From Spirochaetaceae bacterium (GTDB lineage Bacteria > Spirochaetota > Spirochaetia > DSM-2461): a stretch of DNA of 64,000 bases. Of this stretch, positions 9,764 through 19,562 are shown piece after piece. Made by a program: the position numbers and the translations under genes. The stretch's first letter is position 1; the number at the start of each line of letters is the position of its first letter. The notes under the pieces were generated by a model. That model ran no database searches and was not told where the DNA came from. It was given only the letters and a program-made list of their open reading frames with translations. The DNA lies in assembly GCA_051531975.1 (NCBI GenBank), contig JAOPTT010000012.1, forward strand, positions 32,001 through 96,000. Direction: 5' to 3'.

Positions 9764-11944
9764 ATGTATAAAATTAAAAGTAAAAAACAATTTAGGACTA
9801 AGTTATATTCTGTTCTCATAAGTTTCATTGTTCTTATTTTTGTTATCATATTTGACAATTATTCGACGATTCCTGAAATATTAGATCTAAAAATAATGGA
9901 TCTTAATAAAACACTAAATATGACTTCACAAAAGTTACATATCAGTGATAAAACAACACTGGAAAAAAGTAATCCTCTGATCTCTGAAGATATATGGATT
10001 ATTGGTATTGATACAAACTCATTAGATAAACTAGGAAAGTGGCCATTTGACCGTTCAATACATGGCGATTTTTTAAATAATATATCATCTATAAAGGACC
10101 AAGAAAATAGAGAATCAATTGTTTTTATCGATATTTTCTTTAACGAAAATGATAAGGATCAGGTTTCTGATAAAGCCTTAGAAGATGGAATCCAAAATAA
10201 TGGGAAAGTTTTTTTAGAAACTCTTTTAGAGGTCTTTCCTCTTAATTCTAAGCTTTCAGAAGATATGTATGCAAGGTATTTATCCTTATCTAAAAACTCA
10301 GGAGAGATCATAAATATAAACGGGAATTGGGATAAACTTCCTCGATATTATGACCAAAACCCTCCCATTTCTAGATTTGCACAAAATGCAAAAGGTTATG
10401 GACATGCGACACTAGAAGCTGATATTGATGGAACATATAGAAGGCAATATTTAGTTACCCGTGTTCTAAAGTTTGTAGAAAATATTTCATATGAACAATA
10501 TATTAATAAGGACTATAGTCCTTTAACAGATTTTGAACATTTAGAATGGTTAGATAACAGTGGTGATAAACATCAGATTAACAATGGAACTAAGAATATT
10601 CCAAATGGAGCTACAATTAGTCGGTATAAAAATATATTTATGCCTTCCATAACTTTAGCATTGGCAGCTGAATATTTAGAAACTCCACTTAATAAGTTAA
10701 TAATATATCCAGGATCACATATTGAAATCCCTAATAAAGATGGAAGTTTAAAGATACCAATAGATGAAAAAGGGGCAATGTCAATAAATTATATGGGCCC
10801 TCGATCTAGCTCATCTAAAAGAGGTTATCAGACCTATCCTGTAAGATCTTACTCATCCTATATAGATATTAAAACAGGTTCATCTACTCTTGGTTTAAAA
10901 GATAAGATACTACTAGTTGGACCATTTTCCTCTGGAATGGCTGATGATGAGAAAAATACTCCAATGGGTATGATGTATGGTTTAGAAATCCATGCAAATG
11001 CACTGAATACTATCATAAAGGAGAATTTTATTTCAGACGCTAGTGATAACATTAAATTAGTTTTGATAATAATTTTTACAGTTCTATTAGTTTTTATACT
11101 CTCTAGAAGTTCTATTGTATTGAGTACTATTATTACGACTATAATGTTATTGGCTTATCTAATTGCTTCTAATCTTTTTCTGCATAAGATGAATTTTGTC
11201 TTACCAGTAATATCTCCAATTCTGATTATATTTTTTAACTTCTTCTCAATATTAATATTTAGGTTGTTAACAGAAGGTCGAGAAAAAGCACATATAAAAA
11301 AGACATTTGGTAAATATGTTAACCCTTCTGTTGTAGAACAATTAACACATTCAACTCCAGAATTAGGTGGGATTGAAAAGGATATTACAGTATTTTTCTC
11401 TGATATTAGAGGGTTTACAACAATGTCAGAAGGTATGGAATCATCAGACTTATTAAAACATTTAAATGAATATTTAACTGCAATGACAGATGTTATTTTA
11501 GATGAAGATGGAACGCTTGATAAATATGTTGGAGATGAAATTATGTGTTTTTGGGGTGCTCCATTAGAACAACCCGATCATCCAATAAAAGCGTGTATTG
11601 CTGCATTAAAAATGAGTAAAAGATTAAAAGAGATAAACCTAGAGTTTCCAGAAGAACTAAGAATAAGAATAGGGATGGGGATTCATACAGGTATTATGTC
11701 TGTAGGTAATGTTGGTTCAGCAGGTCGTTTAAGTTATACGGTAATAGGCGATAATGTAAACTTAGCCTCTCGATTAGAAGGTGCAAATAAAAATTATGGT
11801 ACAGAGATTATAATTAGTAGTAGTACCTATGAACTTGTTAAGGATTATTTTGTTACAAGAGAGATGGATGAGATACAAGTAAAAGGTCGACAACAATTTG
11901 TTAAAATATATGAGTTATTAGACTATAAGGAGAAAGAATGTTAA
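9764..11944 (+). CDS. CHASE2-domain class III adenylate cyclase
   Basis: N-terminal TM; CHASE2 motifs IIGIDTNSL, GKWPFDR, DIDGTYRR, TPMGMMYGLEIHANAL; three TMs; catalytic FSDIRGFT, DKYVGD and YTVIGDNVNLASRLE (Lys/Thr pair typical of ATP specificity). Confidence 0.92.
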   Translation: MYKIKSKKQFRTKLYSVLISFIVLIFVIIFDNYSTIPEILDLKIMDLNKTLNMTSQKLHISDKTTLEKSNPLISEDIWIIGIDTNSLDKLGKWPFDRSIHGDFLNNISSIKDQENRESIVFIDIFFNENDKDQVSDKALEDGIQNNGKVFLETLLEVFPLNSKLSEDMYARYLSLSKNSGEIININGNWDKLPRYYDQNPPISRFAQNAKGYGHATLEADIDGTYRRQYLVTRVLKFVENISYEQYINKDYSPLTDFEHLEWLDNSGDKHQINNGTKNIPNGATISRYKNIFMPSITLALAAEYLETPLNKLIIYPGSHIEIPNKDGSLKIPIDEKGAMSINYMGPRSSSSKRGYQTYPVRSYSSYIDIKTGSSTLGLKDKILLVGPFSSGMADDEKNTPMGMMYGLEIHANALNTIIKENFISDASDNIKLVLIIIFTVLLVFILSRSSIVLSTIITTIMLLAYLIASNLFLHKMNFVLPVISPILIIFFNFFSILIFRLLTEGREKAHIKKTFGKYVNPSVVEQLTHSTPELGGIEKDITVFFSDIRGFTTMSEGMESSDLLKHLNEYLTAMTDVILDEDGTLDKYVGDEIMCFWGAPLEQPDHPIKACIAALKMSKRLKEINLEFPEELRIRIGMGIHTGIMSVGNVGSAGRLSYTVIGDNVNLASRLEGANKNYGTEIIISSSTYELVKDYFVTREMDEIQVKGRQQFVKIYELLDYKEKEC

Positions 11945-14310
11945 AAAAGTATGCATTTTGTATTTTATTTCTAGTAATAGTTATGAATTCGTGTAGTAAA
12001 AAAGAGGCGGCTGGAGCTGTTGAAGTTGTAGACATTCTAAAAGAGCCAGCAAATGATGTTGTAATTACTGATAATACAATTGAAAAACAATCTAGTATAA
12101 TTATTTATATTGAAGGTGAGGTTGAACACTTTACAAATGATGAATGGAACCCTGCACAAATAGGCGCTGAAGTTAGCAGCCAGGATCAGCTTAAAACAGG
12201 TTCTGATGGATACTGTGAGCTTCAGTTTGCAGAGAAATCAATTCTTAAGATCTTAGATAACAGTTTTATTACTATTGAAGAGTTATTAATAGAAGAAAAT
12301 AGTCTGATTCTAGAGAGTAGGTTATCTGAAGGTAGTATTTTGGCAAAGCTAAAAAAACTAACTAACCTCGAAAAGTTTAGAATAAAAACTGACCAAGTTG
12401 TCGCCGGTGTTAGAGGGACAGAGTTTTTTGTATCTGCTATAAATGGTGCTACAGTTGTAACCGTTGATGAAGGAGCCGTTGAAGTCTATCCAAATATTAA
12501 AGAGGTTATTGAGTTTAAAGATTCTGTTGCAAATATGGCAGAAGGGGATATACAAAAAACATTATTAAAAACTATACCTGTAGTACAAATCGGTGAAACT
12601 TTTACAATAACAGAGCAAGAACTTGAAATCATAGTTCCAGATATAGTTGAAACTTATATTGAGCTTAATGAAAACATAAAAAATGATACAATTGAGACCA
12701 TGGATATTGAGGTTCTAGAAATTATTATAGAAGATATCCAGGAACAAAAAGAACAGATTGAAGAACTAAAAACAATCACTACAGAAGTAGAAAAAGAAGT
12801 TTTCAAAGAGCTTGAAAATAGTTATTTTATTGAGAGTGAAACCCATGGAATCGTACTGTATGAAGTTAATATTATAGTAGAACCAGAAGTTGCAAAATTA
12901 TACTTAGATGATATTTTTGTTGCTACAGGTAATTTTCAAAAAGTATACGAAGAAAAAGAACTTATATTTAAAATTGAAGCTGAAGGGTTTATTTCCCAGG
13001 AATTTAACTTAAATACCTCGGATGGTAACAGTAAAAATATCAATATAATTTTAGAAAAAGATGAAGTTATAGAAGAAGTAGAAGAGATTGAAGAAGTTGA
13101 AGAAGTCGAAAAAATCCCAGAAGCTAATTTATCCGATGTAAAACTAGATATTAAACCTGTTAACTCAAAAATTAAAATAAATGGTAAGATATATAAAGAT
13201 AAACTTATAAAATTAGAAGTTGGTAATAAATATTCTTTAGAGGTTACTGCCAAAGGTTATGAATCATATAATTCAGATTTTGAACTGGTAGATGAAGGTT
13301 TTTCTGATACTATTAAGCTGAAAAGGAACATAGTTGTTTCACAAAAATCCATTTCAAAATCTTCATTTATTCGTAAAGCAACAATCCTTAATGGAAACTG
13401 GATTATAGCTACCCAAAGAGGTGATGTTATTTCACTTAATAGTAAGGGTATTAAAAACTGGAGTGTAAATACTGGTAATAGACAGAACCAAAATTCTTAT
13501 CCTATATCATATAACAACAGTATATTTTTTAGTGGTAGTTCCTATGCAACGTTACTAAATTCTAAAACTGGTAAAGTTATTATCCAAGAGGACTTAGGAG
13601 CTGAAAGTTCACATATTTTTGGACGGACTGCATACCCCGCAACTAGTGGAATTTTATTCCCAGAGAATAATATACTTGCTTTAAAATCTATCAAAAACTT
13701 AGAAAATGAAGTTATTGTTAATCTTCCTAATCCATCTTCAGCTAGTCCATTAGAATTAAATGGGAAATGGTACATCGTTGATACATCTGGTTCTGTTTTA
13801 GAGATCAATCCAACAGAGGGTAATATAACAAATACATATTCAGCAAATATTGGACAAATGGTTGCTTCTGCACCTGTGCCAATAAATGACTCATTGATTC
13901 TAGTTTCTGATAGGAAAGGAAATATTTGTGCTATTAATGTAGATTCCGATGAAATACTCTGGAATATGGATTATACAAAATATGGTGGTAATGTTTATAC
14001 AAATCCTATAGTTCATAATAATCAATCTTTTGTTTTAAGTAGAAAAGGAATAATTAGCATTAACAATACAGATGGTGACCTAAATTATGTTCTTGAAAAT
14101 GCAACATCCTTGCCACTTATATATAATAATTTAATTTTGTGGATGTCTAATGACCAACTTATGGTAAGTGATATTAATAGTGGAGAGATAATTAAGCAGA
14201 TAAAGACAATTGATTCAGTAATGCAGCCTTCTTTAAATAAAGAAAACTTACTTATTGCGGGAACTGATGGTGAGATAATGCTACTTGCCATTGAAAGGGT
14301 AATTGAATAA
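11938..14310 (+). CDS. Lipoprotein with FecR domain, PEGA-like repeats and PQQ-like beta-propeller
   Basis: Lipobox VMNSC; FecR signature LKTGSDG...IKTDQVVAGVRGTEF...VDEGAVEV; C-terminal BamB/PQQ-type repeats. Overlaps the cyclase stop. Confidence 0.8.
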   Translation: MLKKYAFCILFLVIVMNSCSKKEAAGAVEVVDILKEPANDVVITDNTIEKQSSIIIYIEGEVEHFTNDEWNPAQIGAEVSSQDQLKTGSDGYCELQFAEKSILKILDNSFITIEELLIEENSLILESRLSEGSILAKLKKLTNLEKFRIKTDQVVAGVRGTEFFVSAINGATVVTVDEGAVEVYPNIKEVIEFKDSVANMAEGDIQKTLLKTIPVVQIGETFTITEQELEIIVPDIVETYIELNENIKNDTIETMDIEVLEIIIEDIQEQKEQIEELKTITTEVEKEVFKELENSYFIESETHGIVLYEVNIIVEPEVAKLYLDDIFVATGNFQKVYEEKELIFKIEAEGFISQEFNLNTSDGNSKNINIILEKDEVIEEVEEIEEVEEVEKIPEANLSDVKLDIKPVNSKIKINGKIYKDKLIKLEVGNKYSLEVTAKGYESYNSDFELVDEGFSDTIKLKRNIVVSQKSISKSSFIRKATILNGNWIIATQRGDVISLNSKGIKNWSVNTGNRQNQNSYPISYNNSIFFSGSSYATLLNSKTGKVIIQEDLGAESSHIFGRTAYPATSGILFPENNILALKSIKNLENEVIVNLPNPSSASPLELNGKWYIVDTSGSVLEINPTEGNITNTYSANIGQMVASAPVPINDSLILVSDRKGNICAINVDSDEILWNMDYTKYGGNVYTNPIVHNNQSFVLSRKGIISINNTDGDLNYVLENATSLPLIYNNLILWMSNDQLMVSDINSGEIIKQIKTIDSVMQPSLNKENLLIAGTDGEIMLLAIERVIE

Positions 14311-14320
14311 TACTTTATAT

Positions 14321-14350
14321 TAGAGCCCTAATAGAAAGATATGGGCTCTA
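14321..14350. terminator. Hairpin between convergent genes
   Basis: TAGAGCCC...GGGCTCTA followed by a T-run on the plus strand. Confidence 0.6.
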
Positions 14351-14962
14351 TTTTTTATTTAAATAGAATGTTGTCTCAAAAAAATCTAGGTAACTGTTTA
14401 ATTTGTTCAATATGTTGTCTGTAGATTTTTCAGCTACAATAAAGTGTTGATGGATTATCTGCTCTAAAGTTATCTGCATAACATTAAGTGCTTTTTTCAC
14501 ATCTATATCATCTTTAAAAAGTGTTATATCTATATTTTTTAAAAGTTTGTTCAGATTATTGCATGATTTAGATTTAATTAGTGCCTTAACTTCTAATATT
14601 ATCTGTTTACTCTGTTCCTTTTTGAACATTTTCACAAACTCATAAACTAAAGGGTTAATATCTAGTACTGAACTAATTGTTTTAAAATAACATCTTAATC
14701 TTTTAATAACATCAGGGTTATTGATTTCTGAACTAGATATTAAAATTTCCTCAATTATAGAGTTACAATATTCATATAAATAGAAAAAAAGTTGTTTTTT
14801 ATTACCAAAATAATAAAATAATGATCCTTTAGATATTCCAGCCAACTCAACAACATTATTCATAGAAGCTTTGTCGTATCCAGCTTTTACAAATTCTGCT
14901 AAAGCTGCATTTAAAATGAGATTCTGTTTCTCTTTGTTAAGGGCTAGAAATCTATTAAACAT
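14348..14962 (-). CDS. TetR/AcrR family regulator
   Basis: N-terminal HTH ILNAALAEF...AGISKGSLFYYFGNKKQL. Confidence 0.92.
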   Translation of the reverse strand: MFNRFLALNKEKQNLILNAALAEFVKAGYDKASMNNVVELAGISKGSLFYYFGNKKQLFFYLYEYCNSIIEEILISSSEINNPDVIKRLRCYFKTISSVLDINPLVYEFVKMFKKEQSKQIILEVKALIKSKSCNNLNKLLKNIDITLFKDDIDVKKALNVMQITLEQIIHQHFIVAEKSTDNILNKLNSYLDFFETTFYLNKK

Positions 14963-15886
14963 CTATAAAGTATAACTTATAGAAGTTAATTCTTCTGATA
15001 TAGACCAAAGCTGTTTTGCATCTTCTAAATTATGAGATAATGTATTTGATTGAACAATTATTGGATCACCTGTCATCTCCCTACGACCACTAGGACCATA
15101 ATATGTACCAGAGATTACATCAGAATCAATTGATGCTCTAATACCAGGTAGTGCACCATCAAACGGGCTTTGAGTTATTAGTTCAAACAGTGGTTTAAGA
15201 ATTTTAAATAAAAATTTACCCTCAAGATGCCTTGCTAAATTAGTATTAGAAACCCCAGGGTGGGCAGCTAGTACCTTAATGTCTAAGTTATGATCTTCTA
15301 CTTTTCTTTGTAGTTCATAAGTAAAAAGAAGGTTTGCTAATTTTGATCGTCCATAAGCTTTCATCGGTGTATAATCTTTACCACCTTCAAACATCAGATT
15401 CTCAAAATCCATTACACCACTTTTATGAGCCATACTACTAATATTAACAATTCTAGCACCTCCACTGTTTTTTATAACGTCAAAAAGTTGACCGGTTAAT
15501 GCAAAATGTCCCAAGTGATTAACACCAAGTTGTTGCTCAAAACCATCAGCTGTTAAGCCGTATGGAGTAGTCATAATACCTGCATTATTTAATAAAATAT
15601 CTAATCTATTATACTTTTCCAAAAACAGTGTAACAAACTTTTTTACAGATTTTAATGATGAAAGATCTAACTGCATTACATCAATTTTAGCATTAGGGAA
15701 AATATCTAATATCTGCTTTTTTGCTTCTTCACCTCGGTTTACAGATCTACTCGCAAGAATAACTTTGGCACCTTTTCCTGCAAATACTTTTACAGATTCA
15801 AAACCTAAGCCACTATTTCCACCTGTCACAATGATTATTTTTCCATCTAATTTATCTATATTATTAATTGTCCATCTATCATTCAT
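14963..15886 (-). CDS. Short-chain dehydrogenase/reductase (retinol dehydrogenase/WWOX-like)
   Basis: Motifs TGGNSGLG, NNAG, NHLGHF and YGRSK (YxxxK). Confidence 0.92.
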   Translation of the reverse strand: MNDRWTINNIDKLDGKIIIVTGGNSGLGFESVKVFAGKGAKVILASRSVNRGEEAKKQILDIFPNAKIDVMQLDLSSLKSVKKFVTLFLEKYNRLDILLNNAGIMTTPYGLTADGFEQQLGVNHLGHFALTGQLFDVIKNSGGARIVNISSMAHKSGVMDFENLMFEGGKDYTPMKAYGRSKLANLLFTYELQRKVEDHNLDIKVLAAHPGVSNTNLARHLEGKFLFKILKPLFELITQSPFDGALPGIRASIDSDVISGTYYGPSGRREMTGDPIIVQSNTLSHNLEDAKQLWSISEELTSISYTL

Positions 15887-15920
15887 TTATTTCTCCTTTA
15901 TATTATATAACTATCTAAAT

Positions 15921-15980
15921 TATTGACCATTACGGTCAATAATAGTTCAAGGATAATCTTATTGACCGTAATGGTCAATA
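15921..15980. promoter_or_regulatory. Paired TetR-type operators
   Basis: TATTGACCATTACGGTCAATAA (15921-15942) and its exact reverse complement (15959-15980). Each is itself TATTGACC-N5-GGTCAATA. Confidence 0.8.
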
Positions 15981-16037
15981 GTAGTAATCGTTATCATTTG
16001 TTTTAAGATTAAAAAATGACTCATATTCTTATATTCA

Positions 16038-16066
16038 TTGACACTAAACTGTATGAGTTATAGATT
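16038..16066 (+). promoter_or_regulatory. Sigma70 promoter of the HD-GYP gene
   Basis: TTGACA-17-TAGATT, with inverted motifs TGACTCATA (16017) and TATGAGTTA (16052) around the -35 element. Confidence 0.55.
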
Positions 16067-16087
16067 TTAATAAGTGGGGTTTCATTT

Positions 16088-17536
16088 GTGTCAAATATAA
16101 AAAAAATTAGTAATTTAACTGATAACTTAATATTAAAATATACATTGATCTCTTTACTGGCAACTGTTGCAATTGCATTTTTTTTAATAGATAGTCTACT
16201 AAAATCCTCCCAGGATTATTCAATTGAAATTCATTCAAAAATATATCTAGATTTTATTCAATCTATTCCAGAGAATTACCCTACTATTTTTGATGTCTTA
16301 GATACTACTACTCTAACAGAAGTTATTAGTGATATAAAAGATAATCACGGAACTGAAGATAATCATGGAACTGAAGATAATCATGGAACTGAAGATAATC
16401 ATGGAACTGAAGATAATCACGGAACTGAAGATGATCACGGAACTGAAGATGATCACGGAACTGTAGATGATCACGGGTCAGATGATCTTAGTCACTTTAT
16501 AACAGACCTTTTAATATTCCCAGCATTAACAGAAATTAACATCTACGGAAATGATAAATCTTTAATTTTTGAATATAGAAAAAATGATAATGATTTTATT
16601 ATGAACCATGATGATAATATATTAAATAAAACATTTGATGGAGAAACTTTTCATTTTATTCACCGTTTACCAGAAGTTACAATATTACATACTTTTCTAC
16701 CAATATTTAAAGATGGGACAGTTGTTGGAGCAGTAGAAATTGTTGACTCAGACGAATATTTTACAAAATATCTAATTGAAAGTAAAAAAAATATTCTATT
16801 AAAAGTTCTAATAAGCGGTTTTATTTTTTATATAATTTTATTTACGCTCTTTTTTGAATCTTATTTAAAGCAACATAGAGTATTTAAGAGACTGAATAAA
16901 AGCCAAGAACTTACAATACATGCCATGTCATTATTAGCCGAGTTACGTGATAATGATACAGGGGCACATATTTTAAGAACTCAGGAATATTGTAAGATAT
17001 TATCATTAGAACTTAAAAAAAATAAAAAATATAAGAGCTATCTGACAAATGAATATATTGAAGACCTTGAACGTTCTGCACCTCTACACGATATAGGTAA
17101 AGTTGGAGTCCCGGATAATATTCTATTAAAACCTGGAAAACTAACCTCAGAAGAGTTTGATCTTATAAAAAAACATCCAACTTATGGTGCAGAAGTATTA
17201 TCTAGAGTTGCAGAAAATTTAGACTTTAAGTCATATTTTGAAATAGGGATCCAAGTAATTTTATACCATCATGAAAATTGGGATGGAACAGGGTATCCAA
17301 GTGGACTTGCAGGCGATAATATTCCTCTTTCTGCAAGGATTATGTCCATAGCAGACGTTTACGATGCATTAAGAACTGTAAGGCCATATAAAGATGCGAT
17401 GACTCATAAGAAAGCAATGAATATAATTATTAATGATGCAGGTATAAAATTTGATCCAGAATTAGTTGATGCATTTAAAAATATTGAAAAAAACTTTGAA
17501 CAGATATCTAATGACAAAAAATTAGATATTATTTAG
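16088..17536 (+). CDS. Membrane-bound HD-GYP cyclic-dinucleotide phosphodiesterase
   Basis: Two TMs flank an extracytoplasmic domain; motifs RDNDTGAH, LHDIGK, HHENWDGTGYP and ADVYDAL. GTG start. Confidence 0.92.
   Translation: MSNIKKISNLTDNLILKYTLISLLATVAIAFFLIDSLLKSSQDYSIEIHSKIYLDFIQSIPENYPTIFDVLDTTTLTEVISDIKDNHGTEDNHGTEDNHGTEDNHGTEDNHGTEDDHGTEDDHGTVDDHGSDDLSHFITDLLIFPALTEINIYGNDKSLIFEYRKNDNDFIMNHDDNILNKTFDGETFHFIHRLPEVTILHTFLPIFKDGTVVGAVEIVDSDEYFTKYLIESKKNILLKVLISGFIFYIILFTLFFESYLKQHRVFKRLNKSQELTIHAMSLLAELRDNDTGAHILRTQEYCKILSLELKKNKKYKSYLTNEYIEDLERSAPLHDIGKVGVPDNILLKPGKLTSEEFDLIKKHPTYGAEVLSRVAENLDFKSYFEIGIQVILYHHENWDGTGYPSGLAGDNIPLSARIMSIADVYDALRTVRPYKDAMTHKKAMNIIINDAGIKFDPELVDAFKNIEKNFEQISNDKKLDII
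16340..16483 (+). repeat. In-frame 18-bp tandem repeat, 8 copies, encoding D(N/D)HGTE
   Basis: GATAATCA(C/T)GGAACTGAA x5, followed by three degenerate units. Confidence 0.97.
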
Positions 17537-17613
17537 GTGGTAATTAAAGTAAATGAATCAACTAGTTGGACATTTATATATATTCGATTATAATTACTAG
17601 TTAAGGATGACAA

Positions 17614-19542
17614 ATGCTTGTAACCAATAAAAAGATATTGCAAAACTGGATATTCATAGTAATTATTATGATCTTGGGATTCTCATTCATAGGATTATTT
17701 ATTCTATTAAGTGGTAATGCTTTAACAAAAAGTGCAACAGAATCTTTCTATAATTATAATATTGAAGAGAAAAAAGAACAGTCTCGTATAGAGGTTTCAA
17801 ACAGACTTGATGAAATTAATTTTGAAAGAAGCATCATATTAGAAGATGAAAAAGAAATTCTAAGTTCTAAGATAGAACATATTAGGCATCATCTATTGAT
17901 TTTGATTGAAGAAAAAAACTTGACCGGTTCTGAAGCAGTAACATGGGCTATCGGCGAATTTGAAAAAGAAATTTCTGAGGATAAAAACTATCTATATTTT
18001 ATTATGGAACCTGAAGGAACAATGTTACGATCAGGAACTGATAAAGATATTGTAGGAGTAAATTTACTTAATAGTATAGATAGTGCAGGTAACTATTTTG
18101 TAAAAGATATAGTTAAAGCAAAAGATAATGCAAATGGTGTATTCGTAGATTATTATTGGCCAAAGGTAAAGGGTGGAGAACCTATAAAAAAGACATCTTA
18201 TTGTCTATACATTCCTGAGTTTGATTTTATAATTGGTACTGGAATATATCTCGATGATGTAATGAGGCAATTAAAGAGTAAAATATATAATAGATTACAG
18301 ACATATTATGAAAATAAAAGTAATTATGTTTTTGTTACAGAATATGATTCAACTGCTAGAGTTTCATCAAATCCAGACCTTTTAGGTCAAAAAATGATAA
18401 ATATTACATCTTTTAATGGTACATCAATACATCAAAATTTTATGGACGTATTAAAAGATGCTGATGATGGTTATGCATCATATAAATTTGCTAAAAAAAA
18501 TAGTGTATTATTAACAGAAAAAATAACATATGTTCACAAATTAAATGATTGGAATGCGTATATTGGTACTGGATTTTATGTCGATGATCTTCAGGATGAA
18601 GTAAGAAACTATTCTGCCATATTTAAAAAACATTATTATTATGAAACATTGTATATAATTTTGGGGCTAATAATTTTATCTATTGTTGTTTTTGTAATCT
18701 TTAGAAGAGGTGCATATATGCAAAAGAAGATATTAAAACAACGAGATATTATATATAAAAAGTTATTTGAATTATCCAACGATGCTATTGTTGTTTTATC
18801 AGATAAAAATATTCTGTTATATGAAAACGATATAGCAAGTAAGTTATTTTATAATGATACTGCAAGACAAATTGATACAAAGTTAAAAAACTTTGCTGTT
18901 GTTGATAGTAATATCTACCTATATATAAATAAAAATGACCGAAAACATTATATTAGTATTAGAAAAGAACTTGTCTCATATAGTGGTTCAGGCAGTACAA
19001 TATTCTTTATAAACGACATAACTAAACAATATCTAGAGTCTAATGCATTAGAGAAAATGGCTTATTATGATGATTTAACAAGTCTACAAAATAGAAGAGC
19101 ACTTAAAGATTTTTATGAAGATATATATAACGAGATAGGGGAAGATAATACATATATTTTAGGTATGTTAGATCTTGATAAATTCAAAGATGTAAATGAT
19201 ACATATGGACATAATATTGGTGACATAGTATTAAAAAAATTAGCAGAAACGTTTAAGACTAGATTAAGGCAGAAAGATTCTCTGTTTCGTTACGGTGGCG
19301 AAGAGTTTATATTGCTTCTAAATAATATCTCTTTAAAAAATAGTAAAATGTTAGTAGAAAGGTTAAATAAAAGTTTTTGTGAATCAGTTCAAGCAGAATT
19401 AGATTTTAATTGTACTTTTAGCTGTGGTCTAATTATGGTTAATGAGAAAAATAAGAAAGAGGAATCTGGTGAGTTAATTGAATTAGCGGATGAACTTCTT
19501 TACAAAGCCAAGAAAAATGGAAGAAATAGAGTTGAGATTTAA
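17614..19542 (+). CDS. Cache-domain sensor diguanylate cyclase (PAS-GGDEF)
   Basis: Two Cache_2-like repeats; motifs DDLTSLQNRR, DLDKFKDVNDTYGH, I-site RQKD and active site GGEEF. Confidence 0.92.
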   Translation: MLVTNKKILQNWIFIVIIMILGFSFIGLFILLSGNALTKSATESFYNYNIEEKKEQSRIEVSNRLDEINFERSIILEDEKEILSSKIEHIRHHLLILIEEKNLTGSEAVTWAIGEFEKEISEDKNYLYFIMEPEGTMLRSGTDKDIVGVNLLNSIDSAGNYFVKDIVKAKDNANGVFVDYYWPKVKGGEPIKKTSYCLYIPEFDFIIGTGIYLDDVMRQLKSKIYNRLQTYYENKSNYVFVTEYDSTARVSSNPDLLGQKMINITSFNGTSIHQNFMDVLKDADDGYASYKFAKKNSVLLTEKITYVHKLNDWNAYIGTGFYVDDLQDEVRNYSAIFKKHYYYETLYIILGLIILSIVVFVIFRRGAYMQKKILKQRDIIYKKLFELSNDAIVVLSDKNILLYENDIASKLFYNDTARQIDTKLKNFAVVDSNIYLYINKNDRKHYISIRKELVSYSGSGSTIFFINDITKQYLESNALEKMAYYDDLTSLQNRRALKDFYEDIYNEIGEDNTYILGMLDLDKFKDVNDTYGHNIGDIVLKKLAETFKTRLRQKDSLFRYGGEEFILLLNNISLKNSKMLVERLNKSFCESVQAELDFNCTFSCGLIMVNEKNKKEESGELIELADELLYKAKKNGRNRVEI

Positions 19543-19562
19543 ATTCCCTCCCTCCCTATTTC

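Noticed and set aside
13060..13112. EEVEEIEEVEEVEK repeat in the FecR lipoprotein
   Set aside because: A short, degenerate acidic linker with no exact DNA periodicity.
16340..16483. 18-bp repeats as a CRISPR array
   Set aside because: The units are contiguous with no spacers, lie in frame within a CDS, and no cas genes are present.
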